The notes beneath the pieces are model-generated. The model did no database searches. It worked only from the letters and a program-made list of their open reading frames with translations, and was not told where the DNA came from. Of a DNA stretch of 64,000 nucleotides, positions 12,820 to 27,681 are shown in pieces (position 1 is the first letter of the stretch; every line of letters begins with the position of its first letter). The stretch lies in the NCBI GenBank assembly GCA_015680685.1, contig MNCI01000456.1, forward strand, positions 84,284-148,283, given 5' to 3'. The translations under genes and the position numbers were made by a program. This DNA is from Gnetum montanum. Lineage: Eukaryota; Plantae; Gnetophyta.

Positions 12820-15090
12820 AAACATCCTTTTTATGGTCCATCATTTCTATTAGTGAAAAATGGTACTTAAGAGAAACATATCTTCTATACCAATAGCAAG
12901 GAAGATGCAATGATCAAGATCAAGAACATTACCATCTCCTAATTAGTAAAGGCCATAAATAAGGCCTTAGGATTGCCCAACATCAAGACAAAGCTTATAG
13001 AAGTGTCCATCTAGTAGTTGTAGAAGTTAAGAAGGAGTGAACACAATGATGCTATGAAGTGAATCATAAAGAGTAAAATGCACTCACTAAGGTGTAAATA
13101 ATTTATTTCAAGATCATATCCTACCATTTGAATCCCATGGTATGATCAAGTAAGATTATAGCCTTCTTCGCCTAGGCATGTGCTACTCTAAGCAAGAAAT
13201 TTCTAGTCAACCTACCATAGTTGCTAGCTCTAGAAATTACGAAGAGATTTAAAGAAAATGAAAAGGGTAGAAAGATAATCCACTTCCCATGTTTCACTAA
13301 AAAACTATATAGGAGGGGTGAGGTAGCTCACTATGTCAATCATACAATTTGTATGGCTCATGCCACATCATAACAAAAGATGATAAAATATAAGGCATCA
13401 TTCAAGTATTAGGAGGAATCATCACCACCACCACCACTTGCATAAGAAATGTCAATAGCTAACAAGACCCTAAGATGACTTAGGGAGTAGCAACTACAAC
13501 ACATATTAAGAAGTGGTGATAAACCATTAGTCTACCATCTAGCCATAATCCACTTGAATGAGGTTGCAAAGATCATTAGTTAGCTAGCGGTCGACTTAAG
13601 TAATTTATTCTACTCACAATGAGCCTATGCAACTCTTCATATCAACCTTATGTAAGTAAAGTCATGATATCCTTGCCTTTTAAGTAGTTTCCTAAAATTT
13701 AAAGAAATATTATGACATTCTTTGTGGTTCTTAAGAATGGAAAAGATGCAATAGTCTTGTTAATATCATGTAAGGGCTAGGAAATAATTGTTGAGATGGT
13801 TACTAGTAAAGTCAATGAAAGTTTGATGGCTTCTATAGAATCTATGCTAGATGTTGCTACCATGCTAGATGTCCAAGTATTTGTAAGAGCCAAGAGTAGT
13901 AGGATGATAAGAACTTAGCATGAGCAGATACTTGAGTGCTTGGTGGGATCTAAGTAACCAATCCTAGAAATATTTGATATGCTAAAAGACATTTCTAGAA
14001 TCTAGTCAGAGCTATAAGAGACAAAGGATAAGCTCCTCTTCATAGAAGAGTAATCAGAAAATGCTACTAACATCAAGAGAAAGTTGATACTTAAAGTTGT
14101 TGATCTAAGACCCTACTTATCTGATCCTTTGATCCTATCATTCTGCAACCTATGATAACAAGGAATAAATATTTTTAAAAGCTTCAAGAGAAACTAAAGA
14201 AGGCCAAGAATACAAAAGAAAATACATTCTAGATAGAATCATTATTGGGCATCATACTCATTGCTACAAACAATGACCTTTCTAGACTTACAATAAGAAT
14301 AAATTACTAACCAAAGAAAATTGATGCCTACTAAAGGTAGAAACATAAAGGAAACAATTGATGAAATAACCTTAGGTAGCATTAAGCATAACTTGCCAAG
14401 GAAAACTAGGATCTGAGGTAGTTGACCACAAAAACTAGAATTTGTCAATGGAGGATGTGTGTGCTATACACTAAAAGACACCCATTAAGATCGTTACTTG
14501 GAAAAATGTAGCCTTCAAATATAAAAAGGTGAAAAATCACTATAGGAGCTAGGTAGGCATGCNATAAAAAGGTGAAAAATCACTATAGGAGCTAGGTAGG
14601 CATGCTCAAGAAGGTAAATGAGAAGGAGATAAATTTAATAAAGAAAAAAATAAATGACACTCTCCAATAGCTCTAGTAGCATAATGATGTGTGGAAACCT
14701 ATCTTTGATGGGTTAAACACATACAACATGATAGAACTTCGCATGAAGGAGTTGCAAATTGAAAAAATGATAGAATATATGGACTTAGCTAATCTTTGAT
14801 ATATAAACCTAGAAGTGTTAACTACATGGTGGCTAAGGGTAAAATTGGAGAAGCAAGATTCTAGCTCTAACCTCTTGTATGAAGAAAAGTTCAAGCTACA
14901 TAAGAAAACTAAGCAAAAACTAGAGATAGCTAATCTAGAGCTTGAGGTCCTCAACAATAGATTCAAGGATCAATGATCAATTGTAGAGAACATGGAAAGA
15001 TAGTAGAACACAAGGAGCTAAAAATGCTATGTGAATGTTTGATATCAAACATAATTAATTTCTAGCATGGTTTGTGAATGCCAAGAAGAT
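12820..15090 (+). pseudogene. 5'-truncated remnant of an Athila env-like / 'putative plant transposon protein' ORF, homologous to 28800-31652
   Basis: Translates to IKIKNITIS*LVKAINKALGLP...LTKV*IIYFKIISYHLNPMV*SSKIIAFFA*ACATLSKKFLVNLP and later VWKPIFDGLNTY...KELQIEKMIEYMDLANL...LEVLNNRFKD, collinear with the minus-strand copy. Confidence 0.8.
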
Positions 15091-17209
15091 GGTTTCTAGC
15101 ATGGTATGACCATGTCTAAATTATCTAGTTAATATTTATTACTCTGGATATCTGTTAAGAAGAAATTTTTGATGAATGTTCCTTAGTTTTTCCTCTTTAA
15201 TATGGATGCAAAGATGCTACCAAGTACTTAGGCATAGTCTTGGTTCTTTAGGATGTTGTGGTGGCTTGCACATAGTAATCTACCAATGGTTAGTCTTCTT
15301 TTTTCTTCTCGTTAGCAAGTGCATACTTCTTAGCATTAAAAAAATTATTTTTTCAACTCTAATTAAACTCTTTAAAATCTTAGAAATAGGGTGGTATCCA
15401 ACTATTCTATGCCTCAACCTAGTGTTTTTGCCTCTATTCTAGACTTTTTTCATGCTATGAATATAATATTGGCTTGTGCTTTGAGAAATAGAGTATATTA
15501 ACCTCCATAGATATCATTGTCTTCTAAACCATACAAATGATCTTCTCACTAACATTCTACTGTGTCTACTTCTCTAATTTAGATCCATAATGATGGCTCT
15601 CCATCATCTTTTCCACATAATTTTTTCCTCATATTACAACTTCCACATTTACCCTCCTTGGCTATGCCCTTGCAGCCTTCATCCCTCTTGATTTATCCTT
15701 TAGATCCCTCTAAGGATCCTATGCCTTCCTTAATCTCTTAACATTATTTTACCCTTCAATCTCCTCCTTTCCCTATCTTCTCCATATCCCAATTCCATGT
15801 TTCTCCTCTATTCTAACAAAATTTCTCTTTTCTAAAATCCTCCTTTGCTATTCACAATACCCTTCCAGCCATTGTTCCCTCATCATCTTCCTCAACCTTC
15901 CTTCCTTTACCTACCCTTTACTCTTATCTCAAATATTTCTTGCCTTATTCTCCATGAGATTTTATCCTTCATCTACCTTAAACATTGTCTCCTCTTCTAT
16001 CCCTACACCCAGTAATTCTCCATATGCCCTTACCTCTCTCAATGATGTTTCTTTGGAATCACCAATGGAGGATGTCTATAGATGTAAGGGCTAGATGAAG
16101 GATTTTTTGATAAATATATTAATGTGTTTTAGGTAATTTCTATCAATCCCTTGACATTATGCACAAAGCCTCTCATACAAAAATTATAAAGATGATAAGA
16201 AAGATCAAAATTCAAGAGAATCTTGATAAAGAAAAGACCAATTACTTCAAGTTATATCTTATTGAATTAGTGGCTACGGTTCTACTCAACCATGATACTA
16301 ATGCCTAGATTATCATAAGAAATGATTGCCTTTTTTTCAATTACCTTCATCTAAAATTTGAAAATACTCAAATGACTTCTTTTTTAATGATCCCTGTTGA
16401 TTAGCTAGATCACCTCCTCATGATTAGAATGCAATTATTCCTCCTCCTGTTAGCTCTAGGTCTTTCAATGAGGATTCTAAACCTTTTTTTCCACTATCAT
16501 CAATAGAATCATAAATAATACAAGGTAATAAGGAAGGTACATTTGATTCCATCCTAAAGAACACTTGAAATATATTTTAAAAATATCATGTTTACCATTT
16601 TTAGATTCTTCAAATTTTTCAAAATTTGGATATAAAAATTATTATGTAGAAGTCTCACATACTTTTCCTTAAAGAACATTCTAATAAAAGGGAAAATAAG
16701 GAAATGTTTTCTCTCATTGAAAATTCATTTGAGATTATGCATGATGAGGTGATCCACTAAAAAATTTTGGCCTATCATGATAAATACCTCTTTAAGTGGT
16801 TTAAGATTCATGATGATCCATTTTAGTCTTATCCTCCAGATTTATCTAGAATTTCTTCCAAGGAGCAAGATTATGATGGTATCATCTATTTTTCTTTATG
16901 TTGCTTGTTTTTCCTTTCACAATTTTTGTAACTATAATCTCATGGGTATTTTATTTGTACCTACTCTTTTTTCTCTTTTGCAATTTTCATTATCCTGTTA
17001 TCTGCATGTCCTAAATGGCTTTTTGTTGGATAAGGAATATGATTAGTCCTTTTTGATAGGATAATTTTTTAGTTTAGGATTGAGACATTACCTTCCCTAA
17101 GCTATCTAACATCTCATTTTCTTGAACCAAATCAAGCCTAGGTAAAGAAATTCTCTAATGTCTACTACTAAAGAAATATATAATACAACATAAAAAATGA
17201 ATTGAACAA

Positions 17210-20200
17210 TGTAGTGAAAACTTATAAATCACCCTTTAAAAATCACATCAATTGCAATAATAGATAGCATCTACACCTAAACTACCACTATCACATATAT
17301 ATAAGTATCACAACTAACTAGAGTACATCACAAGGCTATCTAACATAATCGCTAAGACTGAGTATCATGAGATGTCAATAAATACATCTAATACAAGACC
17401 ACATACACACATAACATGTACATCATACAATATATACAAAATCATACTCATTGATCATCCAAACAAAATCCTATAGAAAACATATTCATCTCCCTCAATA
17501 ACACATATAGCAGTATAAATAGTAACATCAGACCCTAGTCACCATCACCTCCCTTAGGTCCTCAAACCATCTAAGCTCCTAGCTCCATTACCTATAAGAA
17601 AATGGGGTTAATACAAAGATTGAGTGGAAGCCTTTACACATTCCCTACCAATGTTATCTAATGTTGTACTAGATATGAGGTGTAGGATTTCTAGAAACCT
17701 ACATAAGAATTTGTATAATACATGCCAACAACTTGCCAAGCAAGCACACATATCCATAGTTATAGCAAATCCACAAGCATAATACCATGACTCATAACAC
17801 ATCATGCAATACTACATATAACCATGCACATTCACAATCTCATATAATACACACACATAATATCCTAGTGAAAATTCCATATCAGAGACAAGGAACCATG
17901 ATTCATCATATCATTATGCATAATCACAACATGATCATACTAACCATCATCAATGTCCAATTACATATGCATAATACAAACATCATCACTCATCAATAAT
18001 CATCTAATATGACATAAATATCACTATACATATATTACATGAATTCCTAGCAATCAGTGCTTCTAAGTGTCTAACATAAGCATATCACAAATTATCACCA
18101 ACAACCAATGCTTCTAGGAATTTTGATCTACAACACATCATATATAGTCCTTGTGGCTACCAATGCATTCACACTCTATGTATAGCATGCTATCATTGAC
18201 ATGAGTACTCATAAATCATAACAATGCATGCATTGCTTTGATTAGTCTTATTACTTTCATCATAATTGGTGCTAACACTTACTACCTCATAATGCCCTAC
18301 CTATAATCTTCCATTCTTAGCATGAGAATTGAGATAAGAACCTCATTGATGCATCCCAATGAGGGTTATCCCAACTCCCTTAGGATGTCTTGTCACTAAT
18401 CAGTTCTCACACTTGTGTCAGTATCACTAGCACACATGCATATATATATCATATAGATAATACATAGATCACAACATGTTATAGACTAATCAACTAATAA
18501 GTAATACAAACAACCACTAATCCTAAGCAACTAGTGCTTCAGGCATCAATCAATATCCAACACATAATTATGATAAAATACACAACACAACAGTAGCTTA
18601 CCCATTCAACAATCACTTACCCTAAGTAACCAGTGCTACAAGAATAAAGTATATATATGCTAATATGCCAATAATAACATAATTTTCTAATGTATATTCA
18701 CTTCATACAATAAATCACACCTCACAAGCAATGCCACATATAGCAGTAATAAGTCTAGAATGCAATTCCAATTCATCTGCGAATCACATTAGATGGTAAC
18801 TTTGATCATGACCTTGATTGTAAGTCACGAAGTACTTTTTACAATCCTTCATAAGGGGCTATGATCCTAGTAAGGCTTGCACTGAGCCCACACTCTTGCA
18901 TAAAATTTATCACAACCTCAATGTCTAGGTAACATGCCTATTGAAAATCTAAGACCAAAACTCACCATAACCTCACTATGACAACACCATGTTTGTACAT
19001 GTCTCATGCTCACTACAAAATATAAAGCTAAACCTTAGTTTTGATCCTACCATGACTACATATAACTCAGGTCCTTGACCACAACTCCATTGTGACCTGC
19101 ATCCCTCTTATAACCCTAACATGAACAATTCACAACCTGATCAAAACCTAAAAAGAAACTTGTTCTTAGCAAAAAAAAAAACAAGCTAAAAATGGTAGAA
19201 ATAATCATCATTAAAAGTTGCATGCATATCACAACAAAAATCCATGCAAGCACAACCATCATCATGTGTTTGGGAAATAGTAATCTGCATCTACTACCTT
19301 TGAGGGACAAGTCCAATCTTGTAATCAATCCATAACAGTTCCCAACATGTAACAATCAAAACATTAAGACATCATAATCTCATATGCATAATATCATAGT
19401 CACTACACACATCAATCTAAATCTAACTATCTTGGCACATCCTCCACAACCATGTGTAGAAATTATACTAATAAAAACAAGGAATGGATAAAGACCCACC
19501 TCAAATTTGAAATCTACCAAAACTGGAAAATAGAACTAAAATGCTAAAAGTCTTACAGTGAAGTCCTATATCCACCAAAAATTAAACTAAACCTTTTTGA
19601 CCATAGCATGCCCAACACCAGCTCCCTAACATCTTAGAAATTTTAAAAATTTGTTGAGAAATCAGGAAAGAAGAAAAAAATTAGCAAAAATGTAGGATGC
19701 ATGATTAAGAAAACAAGAAAAGAATATGGGTTGTGTTTTATTTATAAAGCTAAATATAAATTGTTTTACTTGTTTTAGTTTTCCAAGGTTTCCCAACCAT
19801 TTCCCTATCCCAACTAATACAAAGGAACCCATAGTCCATAACATGATCACATGACATTAACTTAAAATGTTTATTAACCCTAGGGACTCCATAACTCACT
19901 CATTGCATAAACATACATTATCATTTTACTCATTTTTATTTTAAATTTGGATTTATCCAAAATTAGTATGTTTTATACATATTGACTAGTTGTACACTTA
20001 GACATGCATAACAAATTAAATACCATAATGCCAATACCTAGTCTGTCAAACAACACCAACTCATGATCACATGACATGGGGTCTCTAAACAACACTAACT
20101 ACCATAATCATAAAAACATAGTCATAACACATAGTTAAAAATCATACTTACCCAAAGCTCAGTCTTCCCCCATAGACCTATCACCCTATCAATCACAATA

Positions 20201-20356
20201 ACAAAGTAGGTATCTAGTAATATCATTGTGCATAGTCATGAAATCATAATATCATGCATAATCATAATGCTAAAAAATCTCATACAATATCATTATAATA
20301 ATCCATATGACTACAAGTCCTCATGACTCCTAAGAATCCTATGGTAAGGACTTACA
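17210..20356 (-). mobile_element. Probable large degenerate Gypsy LTR (Tekay/Del-like), minus strand
   Basis: Strongly CA/CAT-rich plus strand; the minus strand begins TGTAAGTCC at 20356 and ends ...CACTACA at 17210. No TSD confirmed and no coding domain recognised. Confidence 0.3.
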
Positions 20357-21696
20357 GTTGATTTTCCATTCACCATTTTTTGTACTTTCCTCCTTTTTTA
20401 TATATTAAATTAACAAAATAATTTCCAACAAAAAAAGTTTCTCTAAAACTTATAAAAAGATATTATTTTATTAAATTGCACCCTAGACCCTAAAAATATG
20501 TTTTTTTTATGGAGGGGAGATGTGTTTGAACTAGTTAGTTAATTATATATGCCCACAAGATATAATACTTTAGTAGAATTTAGATAAAATTTATTAATTT
20601 TGCACAATGCTTAAATATATATTAATAGTAATCTAATTTACAACCCTCTCATCACAAAGCTATGACATCACTAATCCATTATGTTACTAGCTTTCACCAA
20701 TCAACTTACATTCCCAACTTGGCCATTAGTTTTGCATTATATATTAGAAGAATTATATAGGTATATAATGATGTCTTAAATGTGACTCAAACTAACAACT
20801 TATTTCTTGAAAATCCTTGGCAAACAATGAGCTAACTATTTCAACAATCTCACTTTCACAATAGTAATTCATTATGGTTCAACAAGACATATAATTAACT
20901 AGTTATTTTCTTTAAGAAGAGGATGAATATACAATTTTCCATAAATCACCATCTTGGCATTGTTTGTTCCATTATTTAATTAACATGGTCTAATCTTATG
21001 ATGATTTAGTATGGCTAAATCATAATCCCTTCCTTAATGTATGAAGTTTTGTAGATGTTGAAAATTTACTTTTACAAGCCAAGTGTTAAGGGTTTCTCTA
21101 ATGAATGTATTTTCTCTAAAATTATCATTCTCTCATTTGCATTGTAAATTCTCTTCAACTTCTTCTACCGACACTAAAATTTTTACTTCTATTAATGAAG
21201 AAATTTCTATTAATTCTCATAATGTAGATTTACCAACTAATGAATAGAAATTTATAATCCCTTCTTCTAGTGATGTTGATGCAAATAAGCTAACATATAA
21301 AATGGAAAAGAAAANGGTTTGAGATGCTACTCTATGACTCTCTCCTAAAGCTTCATAGTATGGCTCATTAGCTTGATCGTTTTATAGTTTATACAATTTT
21401 GTACATCTTCTTTATTTTTGTAAACAGGAACAACAAAGCTTTTTCTTCAATTTTTATGCATTTCTTCATCCTTCAAAATTTTCTTAAATAATTAGGTCAA
21501 CTAAGAAACTCCTATATCTCCTAATGCTTTTAAGCCTTCTATAGGAATGTTATATGATCCAATGAATTTTCCATTTTTTATCTTTGATAAGACGATCTTC
21601 ACCTCAGAGAAGGAAAGTTCATTAATTAAATCAAAATTTGTCTCGTCTTCTTGGATGTCTTTTCTTAGGAATTCTTCATTTAATAATTCTTGAAAA

Positions 21697-21858
21697 NNNN
21701 NNNNNNNNNNNNNNNNNNNNNNNNNNNNNNNNNNNNNNNNNNNNNNNNNNNNNNNNNNNNNNNNNNNNNNNNNNNNNNNNNNNNNNNNNNNNNNNNNNNN
21801 NNNNNNNNNNNNNNNNNNNNNNNNNNNNNNNNNNNNNNNNNNNNNNNNNNNNNNNNNN
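21697..21858. other. Assembly gap (162 N)
   Basis: Run of N. Confidence 0.99.
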
Positions 21859-23007
21859 TATCAAAAAATCTATTTGAATTTATGCCAAGAAGATCTACTA
21901 TCGAGGCTATTTTTTTATATGATAATTGATGAAGAAATTTAGAAAACATAGAAAAATATAGATATGATCTTCTTGACCTAGAAAAAGCATATGATAAAGT
22001 GCCTAGAGATATTATTTGGTGGGCCTTGTGAAGAAAAAACATCATTGATAAATATGTCAAAGTGATTTAAGACATGTATGAAGGAGCTACCACTAAAATT
22101 AGAATAGCTTGTGGAATAACATCTAATTTTCCAATCATACTAGGTTAACATCATACTAGGTTATTTTCAATTATTATGAATTAATTAATAAAGGAAATAC
22201 AAGATGCAATGGTGTGTGCTATTTGCAAATGATATTGTGTTGGTGGATATAGCTTAAGAAAATATTGCTACTAAAATGGAGAAGTAAAGACAAGCTCTAG
22301 AATCAAAAGGGTTAACAATTAGTATAATTAAGACAAAGTATATGGAATGAAATTTTAATAAAAGCATGAATAGTGGTAAAATCAAAGTAAAAATTCAAGG
22401 CAAAAAAGTTCACTACTTAGGATCAATCCTCTAACCAGATGGTAAAATTGATAAAGATATCAAAAATAGAATTAAGGTAAGATGGTCAAAATGGAGATAG
22501 GGTAGTGGTGTTCTATGTGAAAATTAATACCAATAAAATTAAAGAAAAAATTTTATAGGAAAATAATGATACTTGCTATCTTATATGATGTTGAAAGTTG
22601 GGCAATACAAAATAGGCAAGAACAACAAATCAGTGTGGTAGAAATGTGAATGTTTCAATGGATGTTGAATGTTACTAAAAGAGATAAAAAAATATAATAC
22701 AAATATCAAAGGAATATTTGAAGGGACTTCTCTTTCAAATAAGCTACAAGAATGAAAACTTAGATGGTTTAGACATATGCAAAGAAGATCGGACAATAAG
22801 CATGTAAATAAAAGTTGTTACATCACTATTCTATGAAATCCATCTAAAGGAAATCTAAAGAAGACATGGAAGAAATTATCAAAGATGATTTGAAAAAGCT
22901 ACAAACAAATAAAGATCTAGTTATTCATAGAAACAAATGATAAAAAAGAACTCATGTAACTAACCCCATTTTGTTGGGACAAGGGTAGGATGATGATGAT
23001 GATAATG
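21859..23007 (+). mobile_element. Degenerate RTE-clade non-LTR retrotransposon (RT and 3' end)
   Basis: FEFMPRRSTIEAIF; DLEKAYDKVPRDIIWWAL; DMYEG; LFANDIVLVD; LESKGLTIS..KTKYM; LRWFRHMQRR. Typical plant RTE 3' end catgtaactaacccc...ttgttgggacaagg followed by a (GAT)n tail at ~22989-23007. Confidence 0.9.
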
Positions 23008-26000
23008 TATGAGTTAATAGTTATTGATCTTACATCATGGTATGTGTTCCTTTATATTTTGGATTACCTACATTGTAATAAAATTTTTACTTTGCAATTA
23101 AACGATGTGATGCAAAAACACAACACTTAAGTTCTTTATGTCAAGTATTATTCTCATATTTTATTTATTTGTTGAGCTAATTGATGCTTTGATGATGCAA
23201 CTTGCTCTAGATATAGGGTTATTTATATATAAATATGCAGTATTAATCATTTGTAAATGGACACTAAAATTTGATATCCATTTTGAAGAATATTCAAAAG
23301 TTTCATGTTTTTTCAAGCTATTTAATATTTTGTTGATTTTTCAAAGAGATGAGCAATAAATTATTAGTCTTCTTGATCCTATTAAACATATAAAATCTAT
23401 TTACCATTTGATTCTCATAGATATTTTTTCATTGAAATCAATCTTCTTAACTATTAAAATAAATTGATATTTCAAGTATGTGGGAAGAGTTACATTGCAT
23501 TCAACTAATGACCTATTATAATATTTCTAATTTTTGAAATTTTTATCATTGTGAAGGACATTTATTTAATGTACATCATTTTCTGCTTAAGAAAATAGAT
23601 GCTGAAGAAAAGAAAAAAATATTGAAGTTGATAATAGAAAAAAGTAATATGAGGTTACAGATACAAAAAATCAAGTTAATGCCAACTATAAGAATGACCA
23701 AATAGAAATAAAGAAACTAGATAAGACAAAAGCTTCTATAAATACTTTTATTTTTACTACTAGAAGTATTTATTTAGATAGATAGATAGCTTGTAAGGTG
23801 AAGTTTTCATTATTTAACAAGAATTCTATCAAATAAAAATTAAAATGTTATTAACAAGTAGGCCATAGAAAAATGGTAAAGATTCTCAACATAAGATCAA
23901 TTGTGATAGATAATATATGTCATTATTTTCTATTGGATGTTCCTATTGATGCATAGATTTTGGTCACACAACATTGTCCTTTTTTAACTTGTTTAATAAG
24001 ACTATCGCCTAGGGTATTTCCCATATGGGTATTGGAACCCAAGAAGACTCTCAACTAGCTAAGCCATGCAGTATTCTGTAAATAGTGATTGTAAATTGCT
24101 ATTTAAATTGGGAGGATTTTATGTTATGAGAATAGTATATCTTAGTGAAAACACTAGGACAAGGAGAAATTATCATTAAATAGTTTAAGATATACATTAA
24201 ACTTAGTTGAGATTGTATAAACCAGAGATGCAAAATTTAATCATTAAGTAGTAATTGTATGAAATAGTGTATTGTTGAAACTGTAAATTTGGGATGTAAC
24301 TAGTTTTGTTGGACAAAATGTTTAAATTAAATTTCAAAATATAACAATCCATAAATAATTACTTGAAAATCCAAATAAAGTAGGTTCTGAACTACAAATA
24401 AACTAACAGTAATAAAAAAACAAGCAAATTCCAAGATGATAAATACATAAGATAATACAAACTTATATCATATCTGGATGACACTATAAAACTAAAAGCA
24501 GCTTTTTAGTAATAGCTTGAAACTCAAGAACCATACAAATTTAATTAAGTATTAGAGAATTTCAAGGAAAGATAATAACTTTCTAAAATAAGAGTACAAA
24601 TAACAAGTTTAAAATGAAGAAAAATTAGCTTTGTAATGAGCTTCTAATTTGATCTGCAAAGAGGTTGGCTTCTTGTTGAAGCTATCCTACCCATACCTCA
24701 CAAAGATAGACCTCCTTTAGCAAGTTCTTTTGTTGGGCCTTTTTCTCCTTTGGTAATTTAGTGAAAAATTCCCTAATGGAATATAATTCCACTATAAATT
24801 CTTTCTCCTTCACTTGGATTGCTCTAAAATATTCCAAGAAAGAAGAGGAAGAAGTAGAGATAGACAAGAATAGAGTCAAGTTTTAGGAAAGTGGCTAGTG
24901 ATGTAAAGTTGTTCACTTAACACTTTTAAAAGGAAAATACTCAAATGGCCTAGGATTATGAACAGAAAAATATTATTCCACCTAGCTATGGAAGTTTTCA
25001 AATCTACCTAAAGTCCTCCTTCGAACTTCCTTCCTCTTCCCTCCTTTTAGAATGCTCTCCCTTAGAACTTTCCCTTCCAAAACCTCATCCTTCAACCAAT
25101 GCTCTCTATCTTTTGAAGCTTGGCTCCTTTCGATGGCATAGATTCCCATTTCTTTTAGCTCATTCTATCCCCTCAACTTCCTTACCATCAACAAATGAAC
25201 ACCATACCAACCGCATCACTTTTCATAAAGAAATGAAAAGGGAAAGGTAAACATTTCAACTATTCTTCACACACTTGAAACATGATTTGTTAAAAGTTAT
25301 CCTTTAACTTTGGCATTTTAAATAATGTTTTTTTAATGGAAACTCTGGTTATTTATATAAAAAGAGGGATGAATCCCAAATCAACAAGTACAATAGCAAT
25401 ATCATCATGGAGGATAGAAGATCCTCCAGCAAAACAAATGAATATCCAAACCAATCAAAAAGAACTAGGAATTCTTATAGGGAATCAAAACCAAAAATAA
25501 AAAAATAGCCATTTGCAACAACATGAAGTTCATTTAAAATAGAGGATATGCATATTCAGAAAAATAGAAGAACATATAGTTTACAAGCACCACATTGGCT
25601 CATCCTACAAAGAGTTATGAGTGTTAAATGATGTCATCATGCATTCATGGATGTTTTTCTACAAGTGACATTTGGAAAATGCTTACAAGACATAGTTAAA
25701 AGAAGAGTTTTAGCACTTTTCATGAAAAGTGTGAGCATTCCACTTGAGCGAAATCTCCTAGGCAACATTTACCCATAATGAAACCCCATACAAGTAGCTT
25801 TGAATATGGGCCCTTCTATAATCATTTCCCAACACTAATCCCACATGATGGGCATTATAAATAATGTTAAATAGTTAAGAATAATAATTTCCCAACAAAT
25901 GAAATACCAAAAAGGAATAAAATGCGGCAAGATGCATTATAACAAAATAAATTTAAAAAAAATGCTAAGTATTGCTCAAATTTTAAGGCTTAGGCACCAG

Positions 26001-27681
26001 ATTCAAGCCGTTAGGAGGTTAATGTAAAATGATTTGTTTACAAAGCCTTATAAAGCAACTAAAAAGCTATCCACTCTCATTAAATTGTTTCTAAAAAAGA
26101 CCCCCAAAAAAGTAAACAATGTACTTTGGTTCTTTCATAGAAAATAAAAATAAAAAATAAGAGAAGAAAACAATCTAATCACAGATGATAAGCAATCACA
26201 ACCTTTAATGATCTTAGCTTGTTTTCCTTGTGGCCCTCAAGTTAATGTGAAGGTCAGCCAAACCGAGCTTCTTGTATCTCTAAGAAACATTCTATGTCAC
26301 AAGCATGGCATCATATGGATAAGATTCATCCCTATTGTTTTTAATTATCATACCTTTGATCACATAGGTAACTATTTCCTTACCAAATTAATCAGTAACA
26401 TACACAAATGTATCATTAAGAGAAGAAAATATATGAGCAACACCAAATACAAGTATTTTGTCCTTGATTGCATGTACCCAAAGTAACATTCTCCTAAAAA
26501 ATTATAATGAAATAATTACACACTCTTCTTATAACAAGAAATCTATGTAAATTTAGAACAAAAAGTAGAGAATGGTGAAAAGCATCCACTCAACAAAGGT
26601 AAAAAAATGATAAAATAAGTCATTGAAACTTTTCTAATTTAGTATCCAAGTATGAAAATCATTGTCTTTGATTTCATAAGCATGAGAGCTCTACAAAGGT
26701 TATAGAAACAGAAGAGGATGACACAACAATAACATCTTTAGAGGAGGACAAAGAAGAATGATGATAGTACGTGCGAGTCATTTGCAGGTAATAGGAGTGA
26801 AGCCTCATGGTAATTCAAATGAATGCATGGAGAAGCTCTATGTATTTCTCCATTTGTAGACTTAAACACAAACAATGCTACTTTCAAAACCTCATTTTTT
26901 TACTTCTGTGTTCCCGATCTCTATGCTTTAAAGCATTCCATGTTCAATCCATGATAGAGAGAAACATAATGAAATGAAATGAAATAGGGTTTTGGTGAGT
27001 TTACAATCCATTAGAAGTATAGATGCAAAAAGAAAAGAGAAAAAACGAACTAAAACTAGAATCATATTAGATGTGAAATGAAATCCTTGCTTTGCTTATC
27101 ATCACATTTGTATTATACGTTGGTCTTAGTAGTGACTCTTCCACTATTGCGGAAACCATCGCATGTCCATTTTTGTCATATTACCGATAATGTTCCATGC
27201 AAAGTAGCTCGACATTGTAACTCATTAGATATGTTGGCAAGTATGTTTTACTAATACTGGTGAAAAGTGAGATAATATCAACACTTTCTACATCTTAGTT
27301 TTTTCATTGATATTTATTTTTCAGGAAATTGATTAAAAATTCATCTATTCTTCCTTAGTTTATCGATGTTTGCAACTATGTAGATGAAGGTGGTAGGTAA
27401 ATGCACTAGGACTAATGGTTGCCAAGCTGCCCTCTAATTTATGAAGCAAGGCTACAAGAAACTTTGGCAATTGTCATTTCTTCTCTTTCACCTACACTTA
27501 ACATGTGTCCTATTGCATATCATTGGTTTCTTCAATCATTATGCAATAGAAGATATCTTTAAAACTTAAAAATATTTAAAAAAATAGTTTAGAAGTATCA
27601 TTTATATGATAAGTTGATGGGCACTTCTAACTGGGCAAATATGAGATACCTACTTAATTTTAAATAATTTTACTTTATCAT

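Noticed and set aside
14521-14605. 42-bp tandem duplication
   Set aside because: Exact copies on either side of a single N (14563): scaffolding artefact.
15100-17200. Short hydrophobic ORFs and pyrimidine-rich tract as a gene
   Set aside because: No recognisable domain; consistent with decayed TE sequence and base-composition bias.
21638-22060. ORFs spanning the N run
   Set aside because: Artefacts of the gap; the real signal is the RTE fragment to the right.
23947-25190. Possible solo LTR on the minus strand
   Set aside because: Composition is LTR-like, but I found no partner, TSD, PBS or PPT, so boundaries cannot be supported.
25300-27670. Possible LINE or gene remnants
   Set aside because: No diagnostic motif could be read in any frame by eye.
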